Below are positions 50,326-60,798 of a DNA stretch of 64,000 nt, piece by piece. Below the pieces are notes generated by a model. The model did no database searches. It was not told where the DNA came from and was given only the letters and a program-made list of their open reading frames with translations. The stretch lies in assembly GCA_030603365.1 (NCBI GenBank), contig JAUVXV010000003.1, positions 160,001 to 224,000 on the forward strand, read 5' to 3'. Numbering within the stretch: position 1 is the stretch's first letter; each line of letters starts with the position of its first letter. A program made the position numbers and the translations under genes. The stretch is from Candidatus Heimdallarchaeota archaeon. Its GTDB lineage: Archaea > Asgardarchaeota > Heimdallarchaeia > Heimdallarchaeales > Heimdallarchaeaceae.

Positions 50326-50442
50326 TCTTCATTCCCCATTGTACTATAGAACTACTTCAATGGAATGATTTGTAATTTGTTTGATATAAAAATGTCTCCA
50401 AACATAGCAAGATTTATTTCTAAATATGTTAACTTGATAATA

Positions 50443-51750
50443 ATGTATTCGAAATCTCAACGCATTACAGTATTTATATTGGTATTATTAGTCTCAAATT
50501 CTTTCGCAATTCTCGATATGAGTTCCTCTAAAATTGCTCCTTCAGATCAGATTGAGGAGATACCAGTTCTAGATGTAATTAATGCGACTTCATCAACAGA
50601 GTATTTTAACGAGACAAGTCAATACAGATATGATTTAGTTACAAGACCTATTGATTTAATCTTATATCCTAACAAGGGTAATCCAAAGATCGTAAGTTTT
50701 GAAGAGAGTTTTGAGATAGTGGTAGATGCAGCATCTGACACAACCAGCTGGTTATTTCATTTGAAAGAAGAAGGAACAACAGTTGCAATTAACATTCTAA
50801 ACTCTAGTTTTGTGATTGATAAGTGGTACTTTGATGTTGAACCTAATATTGATGTTACTGGACTATTTGATCTTCAACTTAACTGTAGTGCAGGTAACGA
50901 TTATCAAACTCATGCTGTGAAAATTGTGGAACAGAAGACATATCCTTTCAATTTTGTACATATTTCTGACAGTCATTTTCCATCTTATGATATCTACAAT
51001 ACAACAGATATCAATCTGAAATTGATTCAAGAAATCAAACAACAAGATGTTGATTTTGCTATATTTACTGGGGATCTAATTGAAGGAGCAAGTGCTCGAA
51101 TGTTTGTTGATCCAGTGACAGGTTTGTCACTTGCAGCAAGTGTGCAAATTAGACTAGGCCTTTGGGCTTTTGATTTGTTGGATTTACCAGTTTTTATTAT
51201 TGGTGGAAATCATGATCTTGATTCATCTAAACCTCTCCCTGATGATCCACCAGTTGAGTGGAAGAAGTATCTAGGTACCTATCCTATTCTAGCTTTCAAT
51301 TACATAGACTGGTCTTTTCTTGGATATAGTGTAACAAGAACTGGATTAAGTGAGAGTCATCTTAATGATGTAAAAGATATTCTAAATAACATAAGTAGAA
51401 GTCCAAATGTGATGTTCTATCATTCAGATTACCTTAGTCAAGCTACTAATCTTAGGAAATCATACAACATAGAAATTATGCTTTATGGACATGAACATAA
51501 TTATGAACAGTACGTAAGTAAGAACACTCTTTACTACTGCCAATCAGCTATGTTTTATAATGAATCAACTATTTTCACAGTGTTAAACTCAACTGCAATC
51601 TCCTTGAATGGAACCCATTATGATTTTACACCGCTATTAGTCTATCCAGATCCTGAGACTCCAACTGAAACAGCGAATATAATGTTGATAGCTCTATTAC
51701 CCGTGCTTATCCTCTTATCAATCATCAGAAGAAAAAAAAATGATTTTTAG
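50443..51750 (+). CDS. Secreted calcineurin-like metallophosphoesterase with C-terminal anchor
   Basis: SDSH, TGD, GNHD, GHEH motifs; signal peptide; TM plus RRKK tail. Confidence 0.87.
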   Translation: MYSKSQRITVFILVLLVSNSFAILDMSSSKIAPSDQIEEIPVLDVINATSSTEYFNETSQYRYDLVTRPIDLILYPNKGNPKIVSFEESFEIVVDAASDTTSWLFHLKEEGTTVAINILNSSFVIDKWYFDVEPNIDVTGLFDLQLNCSAGNDYQTHAVKIVEQKTYPFNFVHISDSHFPSYDIYNTTDINLKLIQEIKQQDVDFAIFTGDLIEGASARMFVDPVTGLSLAASVQIRLGLWAFDLLDLPVFIIGGNHDLDSSKPLPDDPPVEWKKYLGTYPILAFNYIDWSFLGYSVTRTGLSESHLNDVKDILNNISRSPNVMFYHSDYLSQATNLRKSYNIEIMLYGHEHNYEQYVSKNTLYYCQSAMFYNESTIFTVLNSTAISLNGTHYDFTPLLVYPDPETPTETANIMLIALLPVLILLSIIRRKKNDF

Positions 51751-51868
51751 ATAGTTATTGTGCTCAATATAAATCTCATAGGAAATAACCACTAACCTTA
51801 GATAATTATGAAAGTATAATTAAGTCAAAGGAAAAACAAATATTAATGCTCAATCGGAATATATCATA

Positions 51869-52396
51869 ATGCCCTTTACTCCTATCCATCTCGGTTTTGC
51901 TATTTTTCTTTTTAGTGTTTTACCCTTTATGGATCCTATTGCCTTATTGATTGGAACTGTAATAATTGATCTCGAACCGATATTTTATTTGATAACTGGT
52001 ATAGGGCAGATGCATGGAATTATGCATAGTACCTTAGGAGTATTGGTTTTCTTCATTCCTACATCATTCATTAGCTGGTTATGTTACAAGTTTGTAAAAT
52101 TGGAAAAGTACTTTCCGAAATTCAATATTTATATTTCACTTCTCTCAGGAATTATTGGTTTATTTTCTCATGTAATTTTTGATGGAATTCTTTATTCCGA
52201 AATTATGTTCTTGTATCCTTTTTCAATGCAAGCAGGAATGCTTCATAATATAATTCCTTATTCAGCTGTTTATTGGATTTTAGGTATTATGTTTATAGTT
52301 GGGATGTTAATACTTGGGTTGCGTTATTATTTGAGATATTTACAAAAAAAGAAATCTGCAGAACAATCAGACCTTATTAGAAGGAAGGACGACTAA
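51869..52396 (+). CDS. DUF4184-like membrane-bound metal-dependent hydrolase
   Basis: MPFTP.H, DLEP, HGIMHS, SHVIFD. Confidence 0.8.
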   Translation: MPFTPIHLGFAIFLFSVLPFMDPIALLIGTVIIDLEPIFYLITGIGQMHGIMHSTLGVLVFFIPTSFISWLCYKFVKLEKYFPKFNIYISLLSGIIGLFSHVIFDGILYSEIMFLYPFSMQAGMLHNIIPYSAVYWILGIMFIVGMLILGLRYYLRYLQKKKSAEQSDLIRRKDD

Positions 52397-52531
52397 TTAG
52401 CTCTATCCTACCTTATTAGATGATTCCTTTTCGGAATGAACCCCTTTTTGGAAGCTCCTACCTTTGTTTCGAGTGGAGCACTGTGTAGATGCTCACAAGA
52501 TTTTTAGAAGCTTTACTTTACTTTTAACCTA

Positions 52532-53200
52532 ATGGAAACATTTGTTATTTTCAATAAATACAAAAGAAGACCAATACCTGAAGAACTTCTGAAAGGCGAT
52601 AACAGATCAGATGAAGGAGTAATAGAGTTTTTTATCAAGAAATATACTAAAGAGGGAGATAACGTTATAGATATTTTTGCTGGACTAGGTACCACTCTCT
52701 TTATCGCTGAGGAAATGAATCGAATTCCATATGGAGTAGAACTCGAAGAAGAAAGGTTTACTTTTGTCAAGAAAAATTTGAAGCATAGTAACAATATCTT
52801 CCTGGGTGATTCCCGCAAGCTATCCGAGTATGACATTCCGCATTGTGATTTCAGTTTTTCTTCTCCTATATTCATGAATAAAACAGAAACTGTTAATCCT
52901 CTTAGTGGTTTTACAACTGATGGGGATTATGATCAATATCTGAGAGAAATTGGACTAGTATACAAGAATTTGAAAGAAGTGATGAAACCAAATTCTGTCA
53001 TTGTAATTGAAGCATCGAATCTAAAAAATAGTGGTGTTTTGACTACATTAGCTTGGGATATATGTAGTGAAGTTTCAAAAATCTTCCGCTTCGAAGGAGA
53101 AGTTATTGTAGTTTGGGATATCCCTGGAATGGAATTTCCCAATGGAGCATTTGGTTATGGATATGATCATCATTATTGTCTGATTTTTAGAAATATGTAA
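52532..53200 (+). CDS. SAM-dependent amino-methyltransferase (DNA methylase/Trm11-like), orphan
   Basis: YTKEGDNVIDIFAGLGTT (motif I), GVE, GDS, and SSPIF at the motif IV position. Confidence 0.75.
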   Translation: METFVIFNKYKRRPIPEELLKGDNRSDEGVIEFFIKKYTKEGDNVIDIFAGLGTTLFIAEEMNRIPYGVELEEERFTFVKKNLKHSNNIFLGDSRKLSEYDIPHCDFSFSSPIFMNKTETVNPLSGFTTDGDYDQYLREIGLVYKNLKEVMKPNSVIVIEASNLKNSGVLTTLAWDICSEVSKIFRFEGEVIVVWDIPGMEFPNGAFGYGYDHHYCLIFRNM

Positions 53201-53231
53201 AAAAATATTCTAGTGACACATTTGATTATAT

Positions 53232-56200
53232 CTATGAACTTTCTTGTTTATCGACAATGTCCTCTTTAGGTATGATAATATCAAAACATGATTTTTCTGT
53301 CACTTCGCACAAAATAATTTTCCAGTTATGAGCATCTATGAGTCTTTTAACAATTGATAAACCATGAATAGATTCTTTTTCCTTTGTTGTGAAAGCAGAT
53401 TCAAAAGTCTCCTTAATGACCTCTTTATTTATCAATTTGCCATCATTTATTATTTTGACCACATTAACATCATCTTTTTCTTGCATTTTAACTTCAATCA
53501 TTCTTGGTTGTCCATGAATCACTGCGTTTTCAAAAATGTTCTTGAAAATTTGTGATAGTTTTTCTTTATCTGCTTTGACTGAGAAAAGAGATTCTGTAGA
53601 GAATTTTATTTTAGTTGGAATTGTCATCATAGCTATAGATTTCACTATTTCGCTGAGATCTACAGTATCTGATTTTTCTACTGTTTGGCCAGCATCTGCT
53701 AGTTCTATAGATCTATCTAATAGTTTCCTCATGTACTCCGTTTGTTTATTTATTTTATTGAGAAATTGTTCTGAGTCAGTTTTATCTTCTTGTACTAAAT
53801 CTACATACCCTTCTATAGAAGACAAACAATTTCTGATGTCGTGAGCCATTAAATGAGCAAAATCACTTAATTCTTTTTTCTGTTTTGTGAGAGTATCAAC
53901 AACCTTCTTTCTATCAGATATGTCAGCTACAGTAGCTAAGTAATTACGCGTTTCTGGAATATGAGTGATAGCAATTAGAATACTGTTGATGTCACCGTTT
54001 TTATCTATAAATCTAGTTTCATATTGTTCTGGAACTGAGCTAGGATCTATTATTCGCTTTTGCATAATCTCCTTCATCACGTCTAGCTCAGGTTGGGGAA
54101 CAAAATCGGACCATATTCTACCTTCTAATTCTTCTTTTTTATATCCTGATAGTTTTTCCATCATGGAATTTACTAAAATAATTTCACCACTCATATTATA
54201 AATGACATTTGCCATGCCTTTTGATTCAAATATAGTTCTATAGAGAATTTCAGATTTTCTAATTTCCTCTTCTGCTGTTTTCATATCTGTAATGTCAAAA
54301 AATGCAACAATGTAATCTTCGGAGTTCGGAATTGATGTTAAGTTTACGATAACTTCTCTAATTTGACCGTCTTTGTTGACGAATTTTGTTTCAATATAGG
54401 CAGGTAATATCTTTGGTTGTTGAGCTTTGGAACGACTAAATTTGAGTAAACCTTCTAATGCTTCTTCTGGAACAAACTGGGACCAATTTAAGCCTATTAG
54501 CTCATCTGTTTTATAACCTGTCATTTCTTCTACTTTAGAATTTACTTGTTTTATTATTCGATCTGGACCCATGATAATGTTAGCAGTTCCTGTAGCTTCG
54601 AAAATTGTCTTATAAATATTCGCTGATTGTTCAATTTCCTCTTCAGCACGTTTTATTTCAGTAATGTCAATGAATGAAATAATATAATCATCCATATGAG
54701 GTATTAAGGTTACATTTACTAATATCTCAATAATACTTCCATCTTTTCTGAGAAATTTAGTCTCGTAATGTGTAGGTGTTGAATCAGGATCTTTTTGTCT
54801 TAATTCACTATATCTGGATAATTTCTCTAATTCTGATTCTGGTATAAACCCTAACCAATTCTTATTAATGAGTTCCTCTTCTAAATATCCAGAAATTTCT
54901 ATTGCTCTAGCATTGACTTGCTTAATAATTCTTCCTGGACTTATAACAACATTTGCAGAACCTGTTGCATCAAATATCGCTCTATAGAGATTTTCTGATT
55001 TTATCAGCTCTTTTTCTGCTTTCTTTGTATCACTAATATCTATCATTGAAATTATATGTTTATCTGTGTCGGGGATTAAACCTATGTGAATTAGACAAGT
55101 ATGAATATTCCCTTCTTTATCCTTAAGATTTGCTTCATACCTTTCGGGAACACTTGTCGGATCTTCAAGTCTTCTTTTGTTTAATTCTTGGAGTCTCTCT
55201 AAGTCGGTTTCAGCTACAAAACTTGCCCAACTCATCTTTCCTTCTACTTCTTCTTTAGTGTAACCTGAAAACTTGACTAATTGATCATTCATTAATTCAA
55301 CAATAGTTTCTCTGTTAGCTATAGCAATCATCGTTCCAGAAGCTTCAAAAAGAGTTTTGTAAAGATTAGCTGCTTCCTTTATTCTTTTTCCATCCATTTT
55401 CATCTTTGTTATATCTTGAACAGCAACAATGAAATCAGGAGTACCTGGAATAGTTTTTACCGAGATAAGAGCGTTTTTCTTGTTTCCAGATTTGTCTTTA
55501 AAGCATACTTCAAATTCGTCTGGAACTAATTCTGAATTTTTGTAATGCAGTTCTTGAGACTCTGCTAATTTGTCTGCATCCTCTTCCTTTAAGAGCTCTG
55601 TCCAAGAAAATTTCCCTTCAATCTCTTCTTTTGAGTATCCTGTTAACTCTTCGAATTTTGAGTTAACCATTTTAATAATCTTTTCTTCTGAAATTATTAA
55701 ATTGGCCGTTCCAGTGTTTTCAAATATTGTTCGATAAAGATTCTCAGATTCTTTTAATTTTAATTCTGCTTTTTTCCTCTCTGTTTTATCTCTTACAATG
55801 GCCAATAACGCAACTGGATTCCCTACAAAATCATCTAATCTTGTCACATTTATATCTGCAAAAAAGACAGAGCCATCCTTTTTCTTCAGTTTATATTCTT
55901 GATTTCTTAATATACCCTCGCTTAAGACTTTCTTTGTATTATTGATTGCTTTTTCTAGATCTTCTTCTGATACAAAGTGTGAGTTATGAATACCTATCAA
56001 CTCTTCAGCAGTAGCTAGTCCATATAACTTCGCAGCATGTAAATTTGCAAAAGTAATGTTACCGTTCAAGTCTGTCATAACAATTCCATCAGGAGATGTT
56101 TCTATTAGTCTTCGATATCTAATTTCACTCCTTTCTAATTCTTCTTCTTGCTTAACTATTTCAGTAATATTTCTAAATGAACTCTGTAGATATTTCCTAT

Positions 56201-58127
56201 TCCTAATAGTGATTAGACTTGAATTTATGCTCACCACTACCCTTCTATTATTTTTAGTTAATACCATAGTTCTAACTAACTCGTTGCTTCCTTGAGCATG
56301 TCTTTCAAAAGCTTTCATAGTTGACTCTACAGATTCTTCAGGATGGAGATCTTGTGCTTTAAGTGAGAGAATTTCTTCTTTGTTTCTCTCCATAAGTTTT
56401 TCTGCTTGTTTATTACAATCAACAATCTCCTTGGTTATTAAATCCACTATAAAAACTGCATCAGGAATCCCCTCAAATAGACTCTTAAATCTGTTTTCAC
56501 TTTCTTTGAGCACTTCTTCCATTAGTTTCTCTTCAGTAATGTCATACAAACTTCCTTGGACAATGAATTCATTATCTTCTCCAACATCAATATTCTGGAC
56601 ATGTTGTCGTATCCATTTGATTTTACCGGTTTTATCCCTAATTCTGTATTCCATTATATTACTGAAACCGGGTGTGTTTTCTAGTTCTTTTGTAATTTCT
56701 TGCAAATATTTCATATCTTCTGGAACTACAACTTGATCCCAGGATAATTCTCCATCTACAAAATCTTCTTCAGTATATCCAGTAATTTCCTCTACTGCTC
56801 CATGAAAGAAGAAAGGTTTGAAACCAACTGAACCCTGAAATGCAATTCCATCAAAATTTTGTACAAAAGTCTTGTATTTGAGTTCACTTTCACGTATCGC
56901 TTTTTCAGCTTCTCTTCTTTCGGATAAATCTCTCCCTATAGCCATCAATCCAGTAGGTTTGCCATCTTCACCCTTCAATACAGAAGAGTTTAACTCTACA
57001 GGAAACGAAGTACCGTCTTTCCTTAACATAGTGTATTCGAAAGTTCCTTTGAGTGAAACAAACGATTGTTTTCTTAATCTTTCCATAACTTTTTGATGAT
57101 CTTCAGGAGCAGTATACTCCATTAAAGAACTACCAATCAGTTCTTCTGGACTATTAACTCCGTGCATTACTGCTGCTTGTTGATTAGCATAAGTAACATT
57201 GCCTTTCAAATCTGCTAGCACAATGGAATATGGTGAGGTTTCAACAAGGATTCGGTATTTTTCCTCACTTGCTTGTAAAGCTCTTTGTATTTCCTTTCGT
57301 TTAGTAATGTCTTCTCCCAAGCCAAGAATTTTAATTGTTTTGTCATCTGAATCCTTTATTGGCGTATTTCTCCAAGATATGATTTTCTTTTCTCCAGATT
57401 TTGTCATTATCTCAATTTCAGAATATGGACTTAATTTTTTCATTCCAACAATTACTTGCTGAAAACTGAACCTTATCTCGTCTCGAATATCTTCAGAATA
57501 AACTGTATCGAACCAATTTTTTCCAATAATATCTTTTTTAGAGTATCCGAGAGTAGAGGTTAGATTTTTGTTGATTAGTTCAACTTCCTCATTAGCATTA
57601 ACGATAACAAACATGATGGTTGCTTCGTTCAAATAAAGCTGTGTTAGATCTTTTTCTTCTTTAAGTTCAAGTTCTCTCCTAACTAATGCTTCCTCTGCTT
57701 TTTTATGTCTTAATACTGTTCTTATTTGATGAACTAACTCTGTATATTGACTCCTTGCATCTGATCCTTTTCTAATGTAATAATCAGCTCCAAGATTTAA
57801 TGCATCTATTACTACCTCTTCTCTCCCCCTTCCAGTAAATATGATAAACGGAATATTGAGCTCTTCTTTCTTGATTGTTTTGAGTAAATCAAGTCCATTC
57901 AAATTTTCCATTAGATAATCACAGACGATTACATCAATAGAGTTGCTTTTTATTTTTTCAATGACTTGAGAGGGATCTCTTAAAGATTCCACCTCAATCT
58001 CCCCTTCACTCATTTTCTCAATAAATTCTTTTGTTAAGTAAAGAAAATCCTCTTCGTCATCAATATGTAAAACCTTGATTTTTTCAGGAAGTAAATCATC
58101 TGCCTTTTGTGTACTCTGGTTGTTCAT
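53232..58127 (-). CDS. Hybrid signalling protein: REC + 10 PAS + HisKA + HATPase
   Basis: HIDDE/VCDY receiver; ten PAS units ending in DIT/DIS-like motifs; AHDIRN H-box; NIFENAVIHG N-box. Confidence 0.92.
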   Translation of the reverse strand: MNNQSTQKADDLLPEKIKVLHIDDEEDFLYLTKEFIEKMSEGEIEVESLRDPSQVIEKIKSNSIDVIVCDYLMENLNGLDLLKTIKKEELNIPFIIFTGRGREEVVIDALNLGADYYIRKGSDARSQYTELVHQIRTVLRHKKAEEALVRRELELKEEKDLTQLYLNEATIMFVIVNANEEVELINKNLTSTLGYSKKDIIGKNWFDTVYSEDIRDEIRFSFQQVIVGMKKLSPYSEIEIMTKSGEKKIISWRNTPIKDSDDKTIKILGLGEDITKRKEIQRALQASEEKYRILVETSPYSIVLADLKGNVTYANQQAAVMHGVNSPEELIGSSLMEYTAPEDHQKVMERLRKQSFVSLKGTFEYTMLRKDGTSFPVELNSSVLKGEDGKPTGLMAIGRDLSERREAEKAIRESELKYKTFVQNFDGIAFQGSVGFKPFFFHGAVEEITGYTEEDFVDGELSWDQVVVPEDMKYLQEITKELENTPGFSNIMEYRIRDKTGKIKWIRQHVQNIDVGEDNEFIVQGSLYDITEEKLMEEVLKESENRFKSLFEGIPDAVFIVDLITKEIVDCNKQAEKLMERNKEEILSLKAQDLHPEESVESTMKAFERHAQGSNELVRTMVLTKNNRRVVVSINSSLITIRNRKYLQSSFRNITEIVKQEEELERSEIRYRRLIETSPDGIVMTDLNGNITFANLHAAKLYGLATAEELIGIHNSHFVSEEDLEKAINNTKKVLSEGILRNQEYKLKKKDGSVFFADINVTRLDDFVGNPVALLAIVRDKTERKKAELKLKESENLYRTIFENTGTANLIISEEKIIKMVNSKFEELTGYSKEEIEGKFSWTELLKEEDADKLAESQELHYKNSELVPDEFEVCFKDKSGNKKNALISVKTIPGTPDFIVAVQDITKMKMDGKRIKEAANLYKTLFEASGTMIAIANRETIVELMNDQLVKFSGYTKEEVEGKMSWASFVAETDLERLQELNKRRLEDPTSVPERYEANLKDKEGNIHTCLIHIGLIPDTDKHIISMIDISDTKKAEKELIKSENLYRAIFDATGSANVVISPGRIIKQVNARAIEISGYLEEELINKNWLGFIPESELEKLSRYSELRQKDPDSTPTHYETKFLRKDGSIIEILVNVTLIPHMDDYIISFIDITEIKRAEEEIEQSANIYKTIFEATGTANIIMGPDRIIKQVNSKVEEMTGYKTDELIGLNWSQFVPEEALEGLLKFSRSKAQQPKILPAYIETKFVNKDGQIREVIVNLTSIPNSEDYIVAFFDITDMKTAEEEIRKSEILYRTIFESKGMANVIYNMSGEIILVNSMMEKLSGYKKEELEGRIWSDFVPQPELDVMKEIMQKRIIDPSSVPEQYETRFIDKNGDINSILIAITHIPETRNYLATVADISDRKKVVDTLTKQKKELSDFAHLMAHDIRNCLSSIEGYVDLVQEDKTDSEQFLNKINKQTEYMRKLLDRSIELADAGQTVEKSDTVDLSEIVKSIAMMTIPTKIKFSTESLFSVKADKEKLSQIFKNIFENAVIHGQPRMIEVKMQEKDDVNVVKIINDGKLINKEVIKETFESAFTTKEKESIHGLSIVKRLIDAHNWKIILCEVTEKSCFDIIIPKEDIVDKQESS

Positions 58128-58230
58128 CAGAATAACCTATAAGTATTATATATTGATACAACTATTAAAAGGATTTTTTGATGCAAATACAAAAATAGTG
58201 TTGTGTATACATTTTACACATAGGTAGATA

Positions 58231-58560
58231 ATGTTGAGATATAACTTTGAGGAATGTTTAGAAAAAACTATTACTATTGAGGGTGTAATATCAAATATTC
58301 CATGGCAACATCTTATAGGACTTTTTGAAGAATACCCATTTTCTGATTACTTAGACTTAGATAATAATGAACAGATTGTTATCTACTCAAAAACTCAAAT
58401 TTTACGTAGAAATGTAAGAATTAAAGCTACAGGAGAAATAATAAAACTTACAGGACGTTCAAAAAGACCAGGTAAAATAGACGACAACGAGTATTTCGAA
58501 TATCAAATGCTTGTCACTAATTGGGATTATATAAATCCAAAAGAACCAGACATTGAATGA
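58231..58560 (+). CDS. Hypothetical protein, possible OB-fold
   Basis: ITIEGVI...IKATGEI beta pattern; abuts the HEAT-repeat gene. Confidence 0.6.
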   Translation: MLRYNFEECLEKTITIEGVISNIPWQHLIGLFEEYPFSDYLDLDNNEQIVIYSKTQILRRNVRIKATGEIIKLTGRSKRPGKIDDNEYFEYQMLVTNWDYINPKEPDIE

Positions 58561-59418
58561 GTGATTCCCCTGATTGAAGAAGATGATATGGAGAGTCTTT
58601 TTGAGAGTCTTATCGACGAGGACCTTCATGTGCGTATTTTTACTATTGAAACAATAGTTGATAATCAGAACAAACATCTAGCAGTACCTAAATTGATTAA
58701 GATGCTTGCTGAAGATGTTAAAGAAGTTCGTATAAGAATCGCTTGGGCTTTAGGAAAGATAGGGGATAAGAAAGCTATTGATTCATTGATTGAAGCTTTA
58801 AACGATGAGAACTGGGAAGTCAGAAGAAATTCTATAAGAGCCTTAGGAGAACTCATGGCTCTTGATGATATACCTTCAATAGTGAAAAAATTAGAAGATT
58901 TACACTGGGAAGTAAGAGCTGAAACAGTTGTTGTCTTAGAATATCTAGGGTGGGTTCCATCAAATGAAAGAGACAAAGCTCTAATTCTTATTGGAAAAGA
59001 GAGATGGGAAGAATTATTCAAACTAGATGAATTAGATGAAGACCTGTTGATTGATTTGTTGAAAGACTCAGATAGTGAAATCAAATCAAAAATTTCTTGG
59101 ATTCTAGGAGAATTACAAACTTCCCGTGCTATAGAACCGCTCTACCAACTTCTACTCAAAGATAGATTTCAAGAAGTTAAAGAAAGTGCTGCTATTGCTA
59201 TCGGGAAAATAGGTGGCGAACGAGTGTTCAATCTCCTAAAAGAGGCACTCGAAAATAATGACTGGTTTATTCGGAAATGTGCAACTAGTGCTCTTGGATA
59301 CTCGAGAGACTTAAATGCATTTGAAATCCTCAAACAATTAGTTAAGGATGATAATCGTTTTGTTAGCGAAAGTGCTAAAGAAGCTCTAGCAAGGATGGAA
59401 ACCGAAGAACGACTCTAA
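58561..59418 (+). CDS. HEAT (PBS-lyase-like) repeat protein
   Basis: Repeated VR..A..ALG.IG...A...L...L.D units. Confidence 0.9.
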   Translation: MIPLIEEDDMESLFESLIDEDLHVRIFTIETIVDNQNKHLAVPKLIKMLAEDVKEVRIRIAWALGKIGDKKAIDSLIEALNDENWEVRRNSIRALGELMALDDIPSIVKKLEDLHWEVRAETVVVLEYLGWVPSNERDKALILIGKERWEELFKLDELDEDLLIDLLKDSDSEIKSKISWILGELQTSRAIEPLYQLLLKDRFQEVKESAAIAIGKIGGERVFNLLKEALENNDWFIRKCATSALGYSRDLNAFEILKQLVKDDNRFVSESAKEALARMETEERL

Positions 59419-59504
59419 TCTTTAGAGATATATTTAAAATTGCATAGATTATCACTATTTTAGTTAGAAAAGAAATAAACTTAGTCCCCTTGGAGGAATA
59501 GTAT

Positions 59505-60788
59505 ATGGATGACCTTAGAAAGAAACTAGCTATATCGCAAGAAAATTTGGAATCTGTTCAAAAATTCTTTCTTGACGAAAATAATCCGTTTATCAACGAC
59601 TTAATTCAAGTAATTGATAAATATGGTGGAGTACAAGAAATCAATAAGAAATTTGAAGAATCTAGAAAACTTGAAAGCTTGTACAAGAAGCTTGAATCTG
59701 TTAAACCTGAATATATTGATGATCTCGAATGGCTCATTAAGCAAAGAGATAATGAAGCTTTCATTAGTGCAAGCGAATATAAGAGAAAGATACTTGGTAA
59801 CGCATTTGATAGTACGACTTTTGATGAATCCTATGCAGTTACTCTTGAGTTATCTGCATGTCAGTATTTCCCCTTTCTAATAAAAGGCGCACAAAAAACA
59901 ATTGAAAATAAAAATTTAATGCCTGGAAGAATAATACGTGTTAGGGCAATGAAAGAACAGGAAAATGATGGTGATTTAGCAGCAATGACTGCAGCTGTAG
60001 ATATAATTGGTGCTTCTAGAGTTGAAACCTTAGATACAAAAGGTACATTACCTGGTCCTGATGGAATGCCTGTAAATATACATCTTGGAGGTCCAGCAAC
60101 AATAACAGGATACTTTGGAGGAGTTGGACAACCTAATGAATTTGCTTTAAAGTGGGTAGATGAATTTCTATATTATTATACTAATTACGGAGTAAGAAGT
60201 GTTTTGAATATAAATCCAGGTACAGTCATTTTGGGATACATGCTTTATAAAATGGGTATTAATAACGAATTCAAAATTTCTGTTTATATGGGAAATGATA
60301 ATCCTTATTCCGTGCTTTGGACTTTGATGACCGCCAAGCTGTTTTCTAGAGCGGATGGAACAAGTCCGCTAATAGGATTTAATCTATCAAATGCAGTTAA
60401 TAACTGGACAATTGAGATGAGTTCGCACATACGAAATAACTTTGGTTTTGAGGACGTTGTTAGACTTGAACATCATATTATAGAAACATGGAAATCAATT
60501 GTTAGACAACCTTATGATAGAACACAGGAACTTCTAGAAATCGCTAAGAAAGTGAAAAATATCAGTGCAAAACATGAAGGCGGTCCTGTAGATATTGATC
60601 CTACAAGAGAACATCCTTCTGACATTCTTGACTATTTCAAATCAAAAGAACAGATCACAGAAGAAGGTTTATGGGATCATCTCTTACAAAATCATTATGA
60701 CAGACAAACTTCAATCAACAATACTGCCAAAGCTCTAACAGAAAAAGGAATAGATTTCATAGCTGCAAGAGAATTACATTATAAATGA
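59505..60788 (+). CDS. Conserved-looking hypothetical enzyme
   Basis: 427-aa ORF with GGAGG SD and a Gly-rich motif ETLDTKGT...NIHLGGPATITGYFGGVGQPN; 10 nt from the next gene. Confidence 0.75.
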   Translation: MDDLRKKLAISQENLESVQKFFLDENNPFINDLIQVIDKYGGVQEINKKFEESRKLESLYKKLESVKPEYIDDLEWLIKQRDNEAFISASEYKRKILGNAFDSTTFDESYAVTLELSACQYFPFLIKGAQKTIENKNLMPGRIIRVRAMKEQENDGDLAAMTAAVDIIGASRVETLDTKGTLPGPDGMPVNIHLGGPATITGYFGGVGQPNEFALKWVDEFLYYYTNYGVRSVLNINPGTVILGYMLYKMGINNEFKISVYMGNDNPYSVLWTLMTAKLFSRADGTSPLIGFNLSNAVNNWTIEMSSHIRNNFGFEDVVRLEHHIIETWKSIVRQPYDRTQELLEIAKKVKNISAKHEGGPVDIDPTREHPSDILDYFKSKEQITEEGLWDHLLQNHYDRQTSINNTAKALTEKGIDFIAARELHYK

Positions 60789-60798
60789 TAGTAACTAG

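Noticed and set aside
52418-52441. Hammerhead ribozyme core
   Set aside because: TAGATGA...TGAAC deviates from CUGAUGA...GAAA, and no stems I or III are evident.
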